Source of the DNA: Dehalococcoidia bacterium
Lineage (GTDB): Bacteria > Chloroflexota > Dehalococcoidia > GIF9 > AB-539-J10
Assembly: GCA_004377135.1 (NCBI GenBank)
Contig: SOHS01000110.1
Coordinates: 1 to 38,453, forward strand
Length of the DNA stretch: 38,453 bases
Direction of reading: 5' to 3'
This document shows, piece after piece, positions 1-9,641 of the stretch. The translations under genes and the position numbers were made by a program. Under the pieces are notes generated by a model that searched no databases, was not told the origin of the DNA, and worked only from the letters and a program-made list of their open reading frames with translations. Position 1 is the first letter of the stretch. Each line of letters starts with the position of its first letter.

Positions 1-90
1 TCACGGAATAGCATGTCGGCTAAAAGAGGTGTTTGGTAGCGTATACCGGATTCGATTTCCATCACACGCCCACTAAGAAGACGCAGAAAT

Positions 91-981
91 TCAGCCTTCG
101 ATGAATTCTCTGATATAGGAATTAACCAGTCCCGGCTTTTCATGAATGACCCAGTGCGAGCCATCGGGAATGCGCTTGATGGTCAGGTCTGGTACGTACT
201 TTTCCAGACCTTCCAGATTACCTGTAAGCAGCCATTTGTCTTTCTCCCCCCAGATGACCAGCGTTGGCACCTTAACCATAAACAACGAAGGATTGGCGGA
301 CAAACTATCGTCGCTTTCACCTGTAAAAGAGCCGAGATGGGTGGCTCGATAATAGTTTAAACCACCGGTGAGCGCTCCAGGCTGCGACCAGGCTTCGATA
401 TATGCTTTCCTGTCCTCTTTTGTGAAATAGCCCTGATTTATACCGTCCTCTAAAAGGTTACTGACAAGAACTTCATAGTTGTTTCTTGCCAGTATGTCCT
501 CAGCCTCAGGAGTCCGATGGACCAGAATATACTGGCTGGCTTTCTGCTGTGCCGGATTATCACGGAGCTCACGCATAAAGATAACAGGATGTGGAGCATT
601 TATTATTATGAGCTTCTCCAGATATTCAGGATAACGCATTGCGAACGACCAAGCCACCGCACCACCCCAGTCATGAGCCACGAGGATGAACTTCTTATAC
701 CCAAGGTGCTCGGCAAGAGCACGTACGTCTTCAATCAGATATTTAATTCGATATTGCTCGACTTCGGCAGGTTTTGATGAAAGATTATAACCGCGCATAT
801 CCGGAGCTACAGCCTGGTAATCTCGTCCGAACTCGGTAAGCTGATTCTTCCACTCGTACCAGAACTCAGGAAAACCGTGGAGGAACATTATCAATTTCCC
901 CTTGCCCACCGTTACATAGTGGATGTGTATGTTATTGACATCAGCATATTTATGTTCGGACATATTTTTACTCAGCGGCAT
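91..981 (-). CDS. alpha/beta-fold hydrolase (epoxide hydrolase / haloalkane dehalogenase-like branch)
   Basis: 296-aa ORF with an HGFPEFWYEW motif and an AHDWGG nucleophile elbow. AAGGAGG Shine-Dalgarno lies 5 nt upstream of the ATG at 981. Confidence 0.8.
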   Translation of the reverse strand: MPLSKNMSEHKYADVNNIHIHYVTVGKGKLIMFLHGFPEFWYEWKNQLTEFGRDYQAVAPDMRGYNLSSKPAEVEQYRIKYLIEDVRALAEHLGYKKFILVAHDWGGAVAWSFAMRYPEYLEKLIIINAPHPVIFMRELRDNPAQQKASQYILVHRTPEAEDILARNNYEVLVSNLLEDGINQGYFTKEDRKAYIEAWSQPGALTGGLNYYRATHLGSFTGESDDSLSANPSLFMVKVPTLVIWGEKDKWLLTGNLEGLEKYVPDLTIKRIPDGSHWVIHEKPGLVNSYIREFIEG

Positions 982-1132
982 GTTATCCTCCTTAATTCTG
1001 CATTATACTCAAATCGATATCAAAGTGAATTCAGATAAATTATCAGAGCGCCTATATTCTGGTACTCCTCTAGTCAGTACCTCTGAATAAAAATAGAACT
1101 CCCTCAAAGGAAGCCCTACATATCAACAGAAT

Positions 1133-1209
1133 TGGTAGCGCATACCGGATTCGAACCGGTGATCTCCTCCTTGAGAGGGAGGTGTCCTAGGCCTCTAGAC
1201 GAATGCGCC
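1133..1209 (-). tRNA. tRNA-Glu (anticodon CUC), CCA encoded
   Basis: Reverse complement reads GGCGCATTCGTCTAGAGGCCTAGGACACCTCCCTCTCAAGGAGGAGATCACCGGTTCGAATCCGGTATGCGCTACCA. It folds by hand into a cloverleaf: acceptor GGCGCAT/ATGCGCT, anticodon stem CCTCC/GGAGG with loop CTCTCAA, T arm ACCGG-TTCGAAT-CCGGT. The GTCTAGAGGCCTAGGAC D region is typical of tRNA-Glu. Confidence 0.85.
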
Positions 1210-1425
1210 ACACCAGTTGGACACTCGGGACCTACATAGAACTTTCTAAGACCAGGCTTAGTCCCGAGATTACGACAGCTATTTAGGAAGTCGGCCTCCT
1301 TGTCGCCGCAGCCATAACTATTATACAACAGAAATACAAGAGGCAATACAGGGTTCAGATTCGCTTACGGGGATTTTCCTGGACAATTCCTGTGCGGCTT
1401 CACAGTGGAAATCGCGTGCACTTTC

Positions 1426-1842
1426 TTACAGCCTGAACTTTTCCTTGAAATATGTATGCTTCACATCTTTGGCTTTTGTTTTTGCCCATGATTCCAAGCC
1501 CATTTTCTTTATTAGGCACAGATTAAATACTTTGGTATTGTGAGGCACTTCGGATGCCCTGTCTGCATATGGGTGAAGATTGTCACATGGAAAATCAGAA
1601 CACTGATAACAAAAGTCAAGCTTTCTTTTTGTGATGCACCTGTAAACATTACAGGGTTCAGTCCAGTTAAGAAAATCTGGTTTCCCTGCTTCTTCACGAC
1701 ACCCTTTACATATCGCCTGCTCAAATGGGATGCCACGGTTCTTGGAAATTTTAGTTCTCAGATCCTCATTCTCATTCGCTAGGTACATTAAACAGTTAAA
1801 ACAATCTAATCCGCACGGCGCAGTCATCCATTTATAGTTCAT
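1426..1842 (-). CDS. Cys-rich DUF3795-like protein (probable metal/Fe-S binding, function unknown)
   Basis: 138-aa ORF with N-terminal APCGLDCFNC and later CKGC, CNVYRC, CYQCSDFPC clusters. This matches my recollection of the DUF3795 family common in anaerobes. Confidence 0.6.
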   Translation of the reverse strand: MNYKWMTAPCGLDCFNCLMYLANENEDLRTKISKNRGIPFEQAICKGCREEAGKPDFLNWTEPCNVYRCITKRKLDFCYQCSDFPCDNLHPYADRASEVPHNTKVFNLCLIKKMGLESWAKTKAKDVKHTYFKEKFRL

Positions 1843-1915
1843 GATTTTGCCTCTCTTTCACTTCTTTCTTTTACACTAATTAGAAGATAGTTTGAGGTGA
1901 TTTTGTTAGCCTTCT

Positions 1916-1989
1916 TGGCTGGGGATCCAGGATTCGAACCTGGCCTAACTGATCCAGAGTCAGTCGTCCTACCGCTAGACTAATCCCCA
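1916..1989 (-). tRNA. tRNA-Gln (anticodon CUG), CCA encoded
   Basis: Reverse complement reads TGGGGATTAGTCTAGCGGTAGGACGACTGACTCTGGATCAGTTAGGCCAGGTTCGAATCCTGGATCCCCAGCCA. Acceptor TGGGGAT/ATCCCCA, anticodon loop CTCTGGA, T arm CCAGG-TTCGAAT-CCTGG. Confidence 0.85.
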
Positions 1990-1999
1990 GCAGGTTAAT

Positions 2000-2028
2000 A
2001 TTATAGTTGTTCCTCTCATCTGGAGCAA
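2000..2028 (-). promoter_or_regulatory. sigma70-type promoter for tRNA-Gln (TTGCTC-N17-TATAAT)
   Basis: Minus strand reads TTGCTC CAGATGAGAGGAACAAC TATAAT and ends about 10 nt upstream of the mature tRNA 5' end. Confidence 0.4.
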
Positions 2029-2106
2029 TAGCACAATGCCTGCAAAGTTGGGGTTAAAGAAAATCCAAAACAGCCACACGCTGCCGAGTGATAAATCGGA
2101 GCACAA

Positions 2107-2502
2107 TTAGCGCTTGGTATATTGTGGTGCCTTGCGAGCTCGCTTGAGTCCGTATTTTTTACGCTCTTTGATTCTAGCATCCCGAGTAAGCAAGCCTTCT
2201 TTACGTAACACAGGCTTAAGTAGTTCGTTTTCCTTAACAAGAGCTCGAGCAATGCCATGACGAATGGCTCCAGCCTGACCACTGAGCCCGCCGCCGTTCA
2301 CCTTCACCATGATACAAAATTTGCCCATGTTATCCGTAGCCAGTAAAGGATGTTCAATCATATGGCGATGCTCGATGCGAGGGAAAGCTTCTTGATAAGG
2401 CTTATCATTGACAATTATCTCCCCCTTGCCGGGGAAAAGCCTGACTTGGGCTATAGCACATTTGCGTTTACCCGTCCCCCAAACGTAACTTTCCTCGCTC
2501 AT
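2107..2502 (-). CDS. rpsI: 30S ribosomal protein S9
   Basis: 131 aa. Contains GGGLSGQAGAIRHGIARAL and a C-terminal KKYGLKRARKAPQYTKR. Sits immediately downstream of rplM. Confidence 0.95.
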   Translation of the reverse strand: MSEESYVWGTGKRKCAIAQVRLFPGKGEIIVNDKPYQEAFPRIEHRHMIEHPLLATDNMGKFCIMVKVNGGGLSGQAGAIRHGIARALVKENELLKPVLRKEGLLTRDARIKERKKYGLKRARKAPQYTKR

Positions 2503-2508
2503 AAGTTA

Positions 2509-2997
2509 TCACCTTTCCTTTGGTAATATTTCTCTTTCTTCGCTCTTGGTTACTCTGAGCCCTCCGCTTCGCTCAGGGCGACGAAAGGAAACCTGGGCCT
2601 GGTGAGGATGCTCATTTCCAGGATAAACCTTCAGTTTCTTATACATAGCTCTGCCTAAACTATTATGAGGCAACATTCCTTTAACCGCAAGTTCAATCAC
2701 CCGGCCAGGGTCTTTACCAAATAGTTCCTTATAACTCCGGCTCTTTAAGCCGCCGGGATATCCAGAATGTCTATAATAAATCTTTTGTTCGGCTTTCTTC
2801 CCGGTCACCCTCACTTTGGCAGCATTGATTACCACCACATAGTCACCGGTATCAATATGAGGGGCATAAATCGGCTTATGCTTGCCCATAAGCAACTTCG
2901 CTACTTGTGTCGCTATTTTCCCCAAAGTTTTATCCGCGGCATCAATCACGTGCCACTCCCGCTCGATATCTTTAGCTTTAGGACTATAAGTTTTCAT
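2509..2997 (-). CDS. rplM: 50S ribosomal protein L13 (with an unusual roughly 20-aa C-terminal extension)
   Basis: 162 aa, starting [20 protein letters not shown], with a conserved L13 core. The tail ...[24 protein letters not shown] overlaps a palindromic repeat (see repeat 2548-2582). Confidence 0.95.
   Translation of the reverse strand: MKTYSPKAKDIEREWHVIDAADKTLGKIATQVAKLLMGKHKPIYAPHIDTGDYVVVINAAKVRVTGKKAEQKIYYRHSGYPGGLKSRSYKELFGKDPGRVIELAVKGMLPHNSLGRAMYKKLKVYPGNEHPHQAQVSFRRPERSGGLRVTKSEEREILPKER
2548..2582. repeat. short palindromic REP-like element (GTCGCCCTGAGCGAAGCGGAGGGCTCAGAGTAACC on the minus strand)
   Basis: Inverted arms GGTTACTCTGAGC / GCTCAGGGCGAC. It shares the motif GTCRCCCTGAGCRAAGCGRAGGG with the element at 7621-7683. 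Confidence 0.45.
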
Positions 2998-2999
2998 CT

Positions 3000-3785
3000 C
3001 TAGCTTTCCAAGGGCTTAGGATAATTGACCTTTTCAAGGCATAGGCCACAAGCAGGGGAGACGGGACCCGCTGAACCCAAACTCTTTGCCTCCATTATAT
3101 CATGAAAATCTTCGATACCCATCTTACCCAAGCCCAGCCTGATTAAAAGACCCACGGTGCTTCGTACCTGGTGAGGCAAAAAAGAATTAGCCACGATACG
3201 GAAAACGGTGAATTCCCCTTTCTTTTCGATTCCCGCTTCATAAACATTACGCAACGTGCTCTTGCTGCCATCCAAAGAACTAGCAAAGGAGGCAAAATCA
3301 TGCTCACCTCGGATAAGCTGGCAGGCTTCATTCATCGCCTGTATGTCTAGCATTTTGGGGACAAATAAAGCAAACCTTTGACTAAACGGCGATCGGGTAT
3401 CGCTATTTAAAATATAATAATGGTACTCCCGGCTCAGGGCATCACGCCGGACATTAAAATCATCGCTAGCCCTGTAAGCTGCTTTGACCGCGACATCTCC
3501 TGGTAAATAATAATTCAATGCTCTAACCAGCGTCATGGTATCCAATGTAGATTTTACCCAGAAGCAAACCACCTGTCCCTTGGCATGCACACCAGCATCA
3601 GTTCTGCTAGCTGCCATAACCCGGCTGCTTTGCCCGCAAAATCGCCTTATAGCTTGCTCAAGCTCATTTTGAATGGTAGGCAAGCCAACTTGCCATTGAA
3701 AACCATGATATTGGGTGCCGTCATACTCGATAAGCAAAATAAACTTACTTAACCAATTCAATTTGAACCATAGGCGCGTTATCAC
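3000..3785 (-). CDS. truA: tRNA pseudouridine(38-40) synthase TruA
   Basis: Contains [14 protein letters not shown] and the catalytic RTDAGVHA block. The start is uncertain because the longest ORF overlaps rplQ by 41 nt. Confidence 0.85.
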   Translation of the reverse strand: MITRLWFKLNWLSKFILLIEYDGTQYHGFQWQVGLPTIQNELEQAIRRFCGQSSRVMAASRTDAGVHAKGQVVCFWVKSTLDTMTLVRALNYYLPGDVAVKAAYRASDDFNVRRDALSREYHYYILNSDTRSPFSQRFALFVPKMLDIQAMNEACQLIRGEHDFASFASSLDGSKSTLRNVYEAGIEKKGEFTVFRIVANSFLPHQVRSTVGLLIRLGLGKMGIEDFHDIMEAKSLGSAGPVSPACGLCLEKVNYPKPLES

Positions 3786-4098
3786 CAGGGCGGGATCCCA
3801 GCTTTAGCAACCTCGTATAACCCCCGCTACGGTCAGCATAGCCTGGAGCAATTTCAGCAAATAGCTTGTCAACTACTTTTTTATCAGTAATAAAAGCTAA
3901 GGCTTCCCGCCTTGAGGCAAGGCTGCCATCCTTACCTAAAGTAATCATTTTTTCCGCTAAACTGCGAACCTCCTTAGCTTTAGCCCTAGTGGTGGTTATC
4001 TTTTCATGAGTCAAAAGCGCGGTAACTTGATTTCGGTATAACGCCCACCGGTGCTCTGAAGGCCTACTTAAGTTCCGTCCTGCTATCTTGTGTCTCAT
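3745..4098 (-). CDS. rplQ: 50S ribosomal protein L17
   Basis: 117 aa, starting [24 protein letters not shown]. Position after rpoA. Confidence 0.95.
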   Translation of the reverse strand: MRHKIAGRNLSRPSEHRWALYRNQVTALLTHEKITTTRAKAKEVRSLAEKMITLGKDGSLASRREALAFITDKKVVDKLFAEIAPGYADRSGGYTRLLKLGSRPGDNAPMVQIELVK

Positions 4099-5015
4099 TC
4101 TATTTTCTTCTTAGAAACAGGAGCGCCTACCTTTTCCATTAACTCTTCCACTTCGGCTCGAGACTTTGCCCCCAAACCAGGCAACGGTGGCAAACCTTCC
4201 TTGCTTTTCTCTATTAATTGTCCCAGAGTGAAAATACCCGCTCTCCTCAAACTGTTATAGGAGCGAGTTGATAAATTTAGTTCTTCCAGAGGAGTATCAT
4301 ATTGCTCGGGCAAAAGGGACAAAGCTCTAGCCATGGGAACTTCAAGATCCCTGAAAGAAGCAAACTGATTAATTAAGATGATAGCACTTTGACTAAGCGC
4401 CTCCCAGGGGAAAATGGTAGCATCAGTCCAAATCTCCAGGATGAGCTTTTCTGGACTTCCTTCCTGGCCAGGCTTGATAGATTCTACAGAAAAATTGACT
4501 TCCCGCACTGGGGTGAAGATGGCATCTACTGGCAGTGCTCCAACAGGTAAACCGTCATCTGATTTAGCCAGCACATAACCTCTCCCTAACTCCACATTAA
4601 GTTCGACATAAAGCTTGGCCTGGGGAGAGTCTAAAGAAGCTAAATGCAGTTCCGGATTGGCAATGCGAAAGTCAGCAGAGGGTTTAATATCACCTGCACA
4701 GACCTTGCCTGCCCCCTCTACTTCCAAGAACAACTGCCTGGGCTGACGGGAAAGAGGACAGAGTCTCAGTTGCCTGATATTCAGTAAGAACTCCATAGCA
4801 TCCTCTTTCACATAAGGAATGGGAGAGAATTCATGCTGAATTCCTTCGATCTTGACCCAGGTTACCGCAGCACCAGGTAAAGAACTGAGAAGCACACGCC
4901 GCAAGGCATTACCTAAAGTGATACCAAAACCTGGCTCTAGAGGTTCAGCAAGAAAACGGCCATAATTACCAGCGCTTTCAACACAAGTTACAGTGGGGAT
5001 GTACAATTCAGGCAT
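4095..5015 (-). CDS. rpoA: DNA-directed RNA polymerase subunit alpha
   Basis: 306 aa with an N-terminal domain ([14 protein letters not shown]) and a C-terminal domain ([16 protein letters not shown]). Position between rpsD and rplQ. Confidence 0.95.
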   Translation of the reverse strand: MPELYIPTVTCVESAGNYGRFLAEPLEPGFGITLGNALRRVLLSSLPGAAVTWVKIEGIQHEFSPIPYVKEDAMEFLLNIRQLRLCPLSRQPRQLFLEVEGAGKVCAGDIKPSADFRIANPELHLASLDSPQAKLYVELNVELGRGYVLAKSDDGLPVGALPVDAIFTPVREVNFSVESIKPGQEGSPEKLILEIWTDATIFPWEALSQSAIILINQFASFRDLEVPMARALSLLPEQYDTPLEELNLSTRSYNSLRRAGIFTLGQLIEKSKEGLPPLPGLGAKSRAEVEELMEKVGAPVSKKKIE

Positions 5016-5018
5016 AGC

Positions 5019-5651
5019 TCACCTCGAATAATATGCAACAATAGCTTGCTGACTAAATCCAGCTTCAATGTCGTCCTTGCCAGGCAAATTTAACACTTTA
5101 CCTGTCATGCTTTCTTTGTCCAAGCTTAACCAATTAGGGATAATTTTTCCCTCAACTTCCTCAGCTACTCTCTTATAATATTCCGTTTTTTTACTAGCTT
5201 CTCGCCATTTTATAACATCTCCGGACTTCACCAGACAGGAAGGAATATCTGTTTTGCGATCATTGATATTTATATGGCCATGCCCAACTATTTGCCTGGC
5301 TTGAGCACGTGAGTCCGCAAAGCCCAAGCGATATACTACATTATCCAATCTCCGCTCCAGCAATATGAGCAGGTTTTCTCCAGTGGCGCTGGGGCTTTTT
5401 TTCGCCTCGGCAAAAAACCTGCGAAATTGTCGCTCCAGGACACCATAGCTAAAGCGCACCTTTTGCTTTTCGCGCAATTGGAGTCCCCGGTCGGAAATCC
5501 CTCTGCGCCTTCGAGTTGTAGGACGCCCGCCGGGAGGAGTATTCCTCTTCTCTACAGGACATTTAGGTGTAGAGCACCTCTCGCCTTTGAGCATCAGCTT
5601 GTCTCCTAAACGGCGACATAGACGACAAGACGGGCCTGTGTAGCGCGCCAT
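5019..5651 (-). CDS. rpsD: 30S ribosomal protein S4
   Basis: Starts [14 protein letters not shown] at the internal ATG (5651), which is preceded by GGAGG. The 12-codon upstream extension in the ORF track would overlap rpsK. Confidence 0.9.
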   Translation of the reverse strand: MARYTGPSCRLCRRLGDKLMLKGERCSTPKCPVEKRNTPPGGRPTTRRRRGISDRGLQLREKQKVRFSYGVLERQFRRFFAEAKKSPSATGENLLILLERRLDNVVYRLGFADSRAQARQIVGHGHININDRKTDIPSCLVKSGDVIKWREASKKTEYYKRVAEEVEGKIIPNWLSLDKESMTGKVLNLPGKDDIEAGFSQQAIVAYYSR

Positions 5652-5652
5652 T

Positions 5653-6036
5653 TTATACTCTTCGCCTCCCTTTCGGACGACAGCCATTATGGGGGATAGG
5701 AGTCACGTCTCTGATAGCTGTAACAGTAATTCCGGAGGCCTGTAAGGCACGAATAGCTGCTTCTCTTCCACTACCAGGGCCTTTAATATACACCTCAACT
5801 CGGCGCAAGCCATCACCCATTGCGCGATGTGCTGCATCTCTGGCAGCTATTTGGGCAGCGTAAGGGGTTCCTTTCCTGGAACCCTTGAATCCCGCGCTAC
5901 CAGAACTCCCCCAGGCGACAACGTTACCTTCCATATCAGTAATGGTAACGGTCGTGTTATTGAAAGTAGACTGGATGTAAGCTTTACCCTCGCTAACCTT
6001 TTTATGAGTTTTACGAGCCCTTTTCTTTTTCGGCAT
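5653..6036 (-). CDS. rpsK: 30S ribosomal protein S11
   Basis: 127 aa. Contains [16 protein letters not shown] and [13 protein letters not shown]. Confidence 0.95.
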   Translation of the reverse strand: MPKKKRARKTHKKVSEGKAYIQSTFNNTTVTITDMEGNVVAWGSSGSAGFKGSRKGTPYAAQIAARDAAHRAMGDGLRRVEVYIKGPGSGREAAIRALQASGITVTAIRDVTPIPHNGCRPKGRRRV

Positions 6037-6054
6037 TTGTTAAAACCAAGCTCC

Positions 6055-6444
6055 TTACTTTTTACCTACGCCACGTCTTTGCCCTCGACCGGCCACTGTT
6101 TTCCTGGGCCCTCTTTTAGTTCGGGCATTTGTGCGCGTTCTCTGTCCATGGACTGGCAACCTCATGCGGTGTCTTATGCCTCGATGGCAACTGATTTCAA
6201 TCATCCGCTTTATATTAGATTGAACCTCCCGCCTAAGGTCGCCTTCCACTTTGTATTGTTTATCAAGAACATCTCGAATCTGACCAACCTGTTCTTCACT
6301 AAGTTCCTTAACTCTAAGGCCAGAATCGATACCAGAGGCAGCCAAAATGTGCTGGCTTGATGAAGCACCAATGCCATAAATTCTCTGCAAAGCTACCCAA
6401 ATTGGCTTATCTTTAGGAAGGTCTATACCAGCAATACGCGCCAT
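6055..6444 (-). CDS. rpsM: 30S ribosomal protein S13
   Basis: 129 aa, starting [10 protein letters not shown], with [25 protein letters not shown]. Confidence 0.95.
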   Translation of the reverse strand: MARIAGIDLPKDKPIWVALQRIYGIGASSSQHILAASGIDSGLRVKELSEEQVGQIRDVLDKQYKVEGDLRREVQSNIKRMIEISCHRGIRHRMRLPVHGQRTRTNARTKRGPRKTVAGRGQRRGVGKK

Positions 6445-6450
6445 TGTTTA

Positions 6451-6564
6451 TCACCCTTGCCTCTGTTTGTGCTTTGGGTTCTCGCAGATAACCCTAACCA
6501 CTCCCTCTCGCCTGATAACTTTGCATTTTTTACATATCGGCTTAACCGAAGCTCTTACTTTCAT
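6451..6564 (-). CDS. rpmJ: 50S ribosomal protein L36
   Basis: Not in the ORF track because it is only 37 aa. Hand translation of the minus strand gives [37 protein letters not shown] followed by a stop. It sits in the canonical slot between infA and rpsM. Confidence 0.9.
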   Translation of the reverse strand: MKVRASVKPICKKCKVIRREGVVRVICENPKHKQRQG

Positions 6565-6593
6565 TTCCAATCACCATTCAAACAAACCCTATT

Positions 6594-6622
6594 ATGATAA
6601 ACTTTCTTAGCTAACCTGTCAA
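6594..6622 (-). promoter_or_regulatory. internal promoter ahead of rpmJ/alpha operon (TTGACA-N17-TATCAT)
   Basis: Minus strand reads TTGACA GGTTAGCTAAGAAAGTT TATCAT, directly after the infA stop codon. Confidence 0.35.
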
Positions 6623-6623
6623 A

Positions 6624-6842
6624 CTATTTAAGCCGATAGGTAACCCTGCCCCGGCTCAAATCATAAGGGGAAAGTTCTACCAGAACTCTATCCCCAGGTA
6701 AAATTTTGATATAGTGCTTTCTCATCTTACCCGAGATATGGGCCAATACCTGATGTCCATTGGCCAATTCAACGCGAAACATGGTATTAGGTAAGACTGT
6801 AATCACCTTGCCTTCAACTTCTATCCTCTCTTTTTTAGCCAT
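6624..6842 (-). CDS. infA: translation initiation factor IF-1
   Basis: 72 aa: [13 protein letters not shown]...[16 protein letters not shown]...[11 protein letters not shown]. Confidence 0.95.
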   Translation of the reverse strand: MAKKERIEVEGKVITVLPNTMFRVELANGHQVLAHISGKMRKHYIKILPGDRVLVELSPYDLSRGRVTYRLK

Positions 6843-6856
6843 TTCTTACATAATAC

Positions 6857-7594
6857 CTAAACAAGTATCTCAGCTCCATTATCAGTTATGGCTATGGTAT
6901 GTTCAAAATGTGCTGAAAGATTCCCATCGGCTGTAAGCACCGTCCATTGATTAGCCGCCAATTTAGTGTGCCAATCTCCGACATTAACCATAGGCTCAAT
7001 AGCCAGAGCCATACCTTTACGAAGCAAGAGACCTTTCCCAACCACAAAATTAGGTATTGGGGGCTCTTCATGCAAGTCCCGACCTACTCCATGCCCGGTA
7101 TATTCTCTAACCACAGAAAATCCTCTTGATTCAACATAATGTTGAATAGCAGACGAGATATCTCCTATCCATGCCTCATTTATCGCTTGAGCGATGCCTG
7201 ACTTTAGACTACCTTCTGTGACCGTGATAAGTCCCTCAGCCTCCTTACTTATCCGCCCTACACCAACAGTTATGGCGGCATCGGTATGAAAGCCATTAAG
7301 TTTTGCCCCCGCATCTAAAGAAACGATGTCTCCTTCTTGTAGTACTCGCTCACCAGGAATACCGTGGACTATTTCATCGTTTACCGAAACACATAAATTT
7401 GCAGGAAAGCCGCGATAGTTCTTAAAAGAAGGTATAACTCCCCTCTTATTCGATTCTTCAGCCATAACTATGTCCAACTGGCCAGTCTTAATCCCTGGTT
7501 GTACTTCTGTTCTTAGTTTATCTAAAATAGCGGCCAGAATTTTGCCACACTTTCTCATGATAGCTATTTCCTCGTCAGATTTGATAATCACCAT
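6857..7594 (-). CDS. map: type I methionine aminopeptidase
   Basis: 245 aa. Contains VHGIPG, D..A metal ligands, GHGVG and EPM blocks. Position between adk and infA. Confidence 0.95.
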   Translation of the reverse strand: MVIIKSDEEIAIMRKCGKILAAILDKLRTEVQPGIKTGQLDIVMAEESNKRGVIPSFKNYRGFPANLCVSVNDEIVHGIPGERVLQEGDIVSLDAGAKLNGFHTDAAITVGVGRISKEAEGLITVTEGSLKSGIAQAINEAWIGDISSAIQHYVESRGFSVVREYTGHGVGRDLHEEPPIPNFVVGKGLLLRKGMALAIEPMVNVGDWHTKLAANQWTVLTADGNLSAHFEHTIAITDNGAEILV

Positions 7595-7620
7595 CTATTT
7601 TATCCCTGCTTACCCCTAAT

Positions 7621-7683
7621 GTCATCCTGAAGGAGCGGAGCAACCGAAAAATCTCGGGAACCCTTCGCTTTGCTCAGGGTGAC
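7621..7683. repeat. 63-nt palindromic REP-like element overlapping the adk stop codon
   Basis: Minus strand reads GTCACCCTGAGCAAAGCGAAGGG-TTCCCGAGATTTTTCGGTT-GCTCCGCTCCTTCAGGATGAC, with imperfect inverted arms of about 21 nt. The last codons of adk (TCA CCC TGA) lie inside the arm. Confidence 0.5.
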
Positions 7684-8330
7684 ATGGGTACCTTGAGGGC
7701 AGAGATTATTGCTCTAGCCACCTCCTGTATTCCCAGGTTACCATTAACCTTAATTAGTTTATTTTGTTTTTTATAATAATCAAGTATGGGAATAGTTTGA
7801 GTAAAGAAAATACTAAGTCGTTCCTTTATTGTTTTCTCTTTGTCATCAGAACGTTGATACAATTCGCCATCGCATTTATCACATTTGCCCGGCGTTTTAG
7901 GCGGTGAATTTATTATGTGATATGGTATCTGACAAGTCCGGCAAAGCCATCTTCCACTGAGGCGTTTCACTAGCTCTCCATTGGGTACTTCAATGTATAT
8001 CGCCTTATCTATGGTTTTTCCTTGTTCCCTAAAGGCCTTGTCTAAAACTTCAGCTTGGTGCAAAGTCCGGGGAAAGCCGTCGAAAAGGCAACCAGCGGCA
8101 CAGTCAGGCTGATTAATTCTTTCCAGAATCATCTTTATGGCTACCTCATCAGGAACTAGTTCTCCCTTATCCATATAGCTTTTCGCCAAGAGACCGACCC
8201 CGGTCCTTTCCTCTAATGCCTGCCGAAATAAATCCCCGGAGGCTATATGAGGTAAATTCATCTCTTGAGAGAGAATATCTGCCTGGGTTCCCTTTCCTGC
8301 CCCCGGAGCACCCAGCATGATGATGTACAT
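7674..8330 (-). CDS. adk: adenylate kinase (zinc-lid type)
   Basis: 218 aa with a P-loop GAPGAGKGTQ and a lid CRTC...CDKCDG. Confidence 0.95.
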   Translation of the reverse strand: MYIIMLGAPGAGKGTQADILSQEMNLPHIASGDLFRQALEERTGVGLLAKSYMDKGELVPDEVAIKMILERINQPDCAAGCLFDGFPRTLHQAEVLDKAFREQGKTIDKAIYIEVPNGELVKRLSGRWLCRTCQIPYHIINSPPKTPGKCDKCDGELYQRSDDKEKTIKERLSIFFTQTIPILDYYKKQNKLIKVNGNLGIQEVARAIISALKVPMSP

Positions 8331-9640
8331 TATTTTAGGAAACCCTCGTAGCGGCGCATGGTTAGTTGAGCCTCTAATTGTTTCATGGTATCTAGAGCCA
8401 CACCAACAGCTATAAGCATGGCGGTGCTCTGGATTACCAACGCTGTAACGCCGGTGATTCTTTGAGCAATGAAGGGCATAATTGCCACTACAGCCAGAAA
8501 GAGGGCGCCACCGAAAGTAATACGCTTTATGACTCTATTCAAATAATCAGCCGTTGTCTTGCCTGGTCGAACTCCAGGGATGAAGCCGCTTTGCTGTTGC
8601 AAAGTTTGAGGCAGGTTCATTTGTTCGAATATGACCATAGTGTAGAAAAAAGCGAAACCAATTACCAAGGCAAAAAACAATAAGTTGTAGACTACGGTAT
8701 TAACCTGAAACACAGTAAAGATTGTATTCCAGAAATTCGGGTCTGCGCCCGCTGGGCTCATAAAATATGAAGCTATCGTGCTAGGAAGTTGCATTAAAGC
8801 TATGGCAAAAATAAGGGGTATCATCCCGGCGGTATTGACCCGTAGCGGTATGTAGGTGGAACCTGATTGGCGGTACATACGGCCACTGCGAAAAGTGCTC
8901 CGAGCATACTGCACCGGAATACGGCGATGAGCTTCAACAAATATGACTATGAGCACCAGCATAGCTAAGGCCAGAATAATGTAGGCGATCAATCCCTCGG
9001 GCCTTCCGGCTTGAGCCTCAACAATACCACTACCCACTATCCCAGGTATGCCGGCCACGATACCACCAAAGATTATTATCGATATTCCGTTCCCTATACC
9101 ACGCTCGGTAATCAATTCACCTAGCCAAACGAGGAACATCGTGCCAGCTACCATTGTTATTATTATGGTGGCCATGGTCAATGACTCGAGTGGCCCAGTG
9201 GTAACTCCCTGAGAACGTAATATAGCAATCACAGCATAGCCCTGAAGACCAGCTAAAGGTATCGTTGCAAAGTGAGTAATTCGATTGATTTTCTGTTGAC
9301 CGAGTTCCCCCTCCTGGGATATAGCCTGAAGGCGGGGGATTACCGGAACCAGCAATTGCATAATTATGGACGCAGTGATGTAAGGATAAACGCCCAGGGT
9401 AGCCACACTGAAATTCGTCATGGCACCACCGCTAAAAAGGTCAAACATGCCGAAGAGCAGGTTTTCCCCGAATAATGCTTCCAAGGCGTTGATATCCACG
9501 CCGGGCAAGGGAACATGAGCCAAAAAACGAAAAACGACAAGGATGCCGATGGTGAAAAGAATTTTTCGCCGCAAATCGGGCAATGTCAATACGTCCATCA
9601 TTGCCTGGACGAGGCGTGGTCTGGTCGCTTTGCGCTGCAT
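8330..9640 (-). CDS. secY: preprotein translocase subunit SecY
   Basis: 436-aa polytopic membrane protein in the canonical position after rplO. Confidence 0.95.
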   Translation of the reverse strand: MQRKATRPRLVQAMMDVLTLPDLRRKILFTIGILVVFRFLAHVPLPGVDINALEALFGENLLFGMFDLFSGGAMTNFSVATLGVYPYITASIIMQLLVPVIPRLQAISQEGELGQQKINRITHFATIPLAGLQGYAVIAILRSQGVTTGPLESLTMATIIITMVAGTMFLVWLGELITERGIGNGISIIIFGGIVAGIPGIVGSGIVEAQAGRPEGLIAYIILALAMLVLIVIFVEAHRRIPVQYARSTFRSGRMYRQSGSTYIPLRVNTAGMIPLIFAIALMQLPSTIASYFMSPAGADPNFWNTIFTVFQVNTVVYNLLFFALVIGFAFFYTMVIFEQMNLPQTLQQQSGFIPGVRPGKTTADYLNRVIKRITFGGALFLAVVAIMPFIAQRITGVTALVIQSTAMLIAVGVALDTMKQLEAQLTMRRYEGFLK

Positions 9641-9641
9641 T

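Noticed and set aside
1-62. Possible 5' end of a minus-strand CDS (MEIESGIRYQTPLLADMLFR...) running off the left edge.
   Set aside because: Only 20 codons are visible, the ribosome-binding site is weak, and there is no recognisable motif. This is too little to support a call.
1116-1346. 76-aa minus-strand ORF spanning tRNA-Glu.
   Set aside because: It reads through a canonical tRNA gene and is therefore an artefact.
5652-5687. N-terminal extensions in the ORF track for rpsD (12 codons), rplP (19 codons, 14309-14365) and fusA (12 codons, 20441-20476).
   Set aside because: In each case an internal ATG preceded by a good Shine-Dalgarno reproduces the canonical family N-terminus. The extension would overlap the preceding gene.
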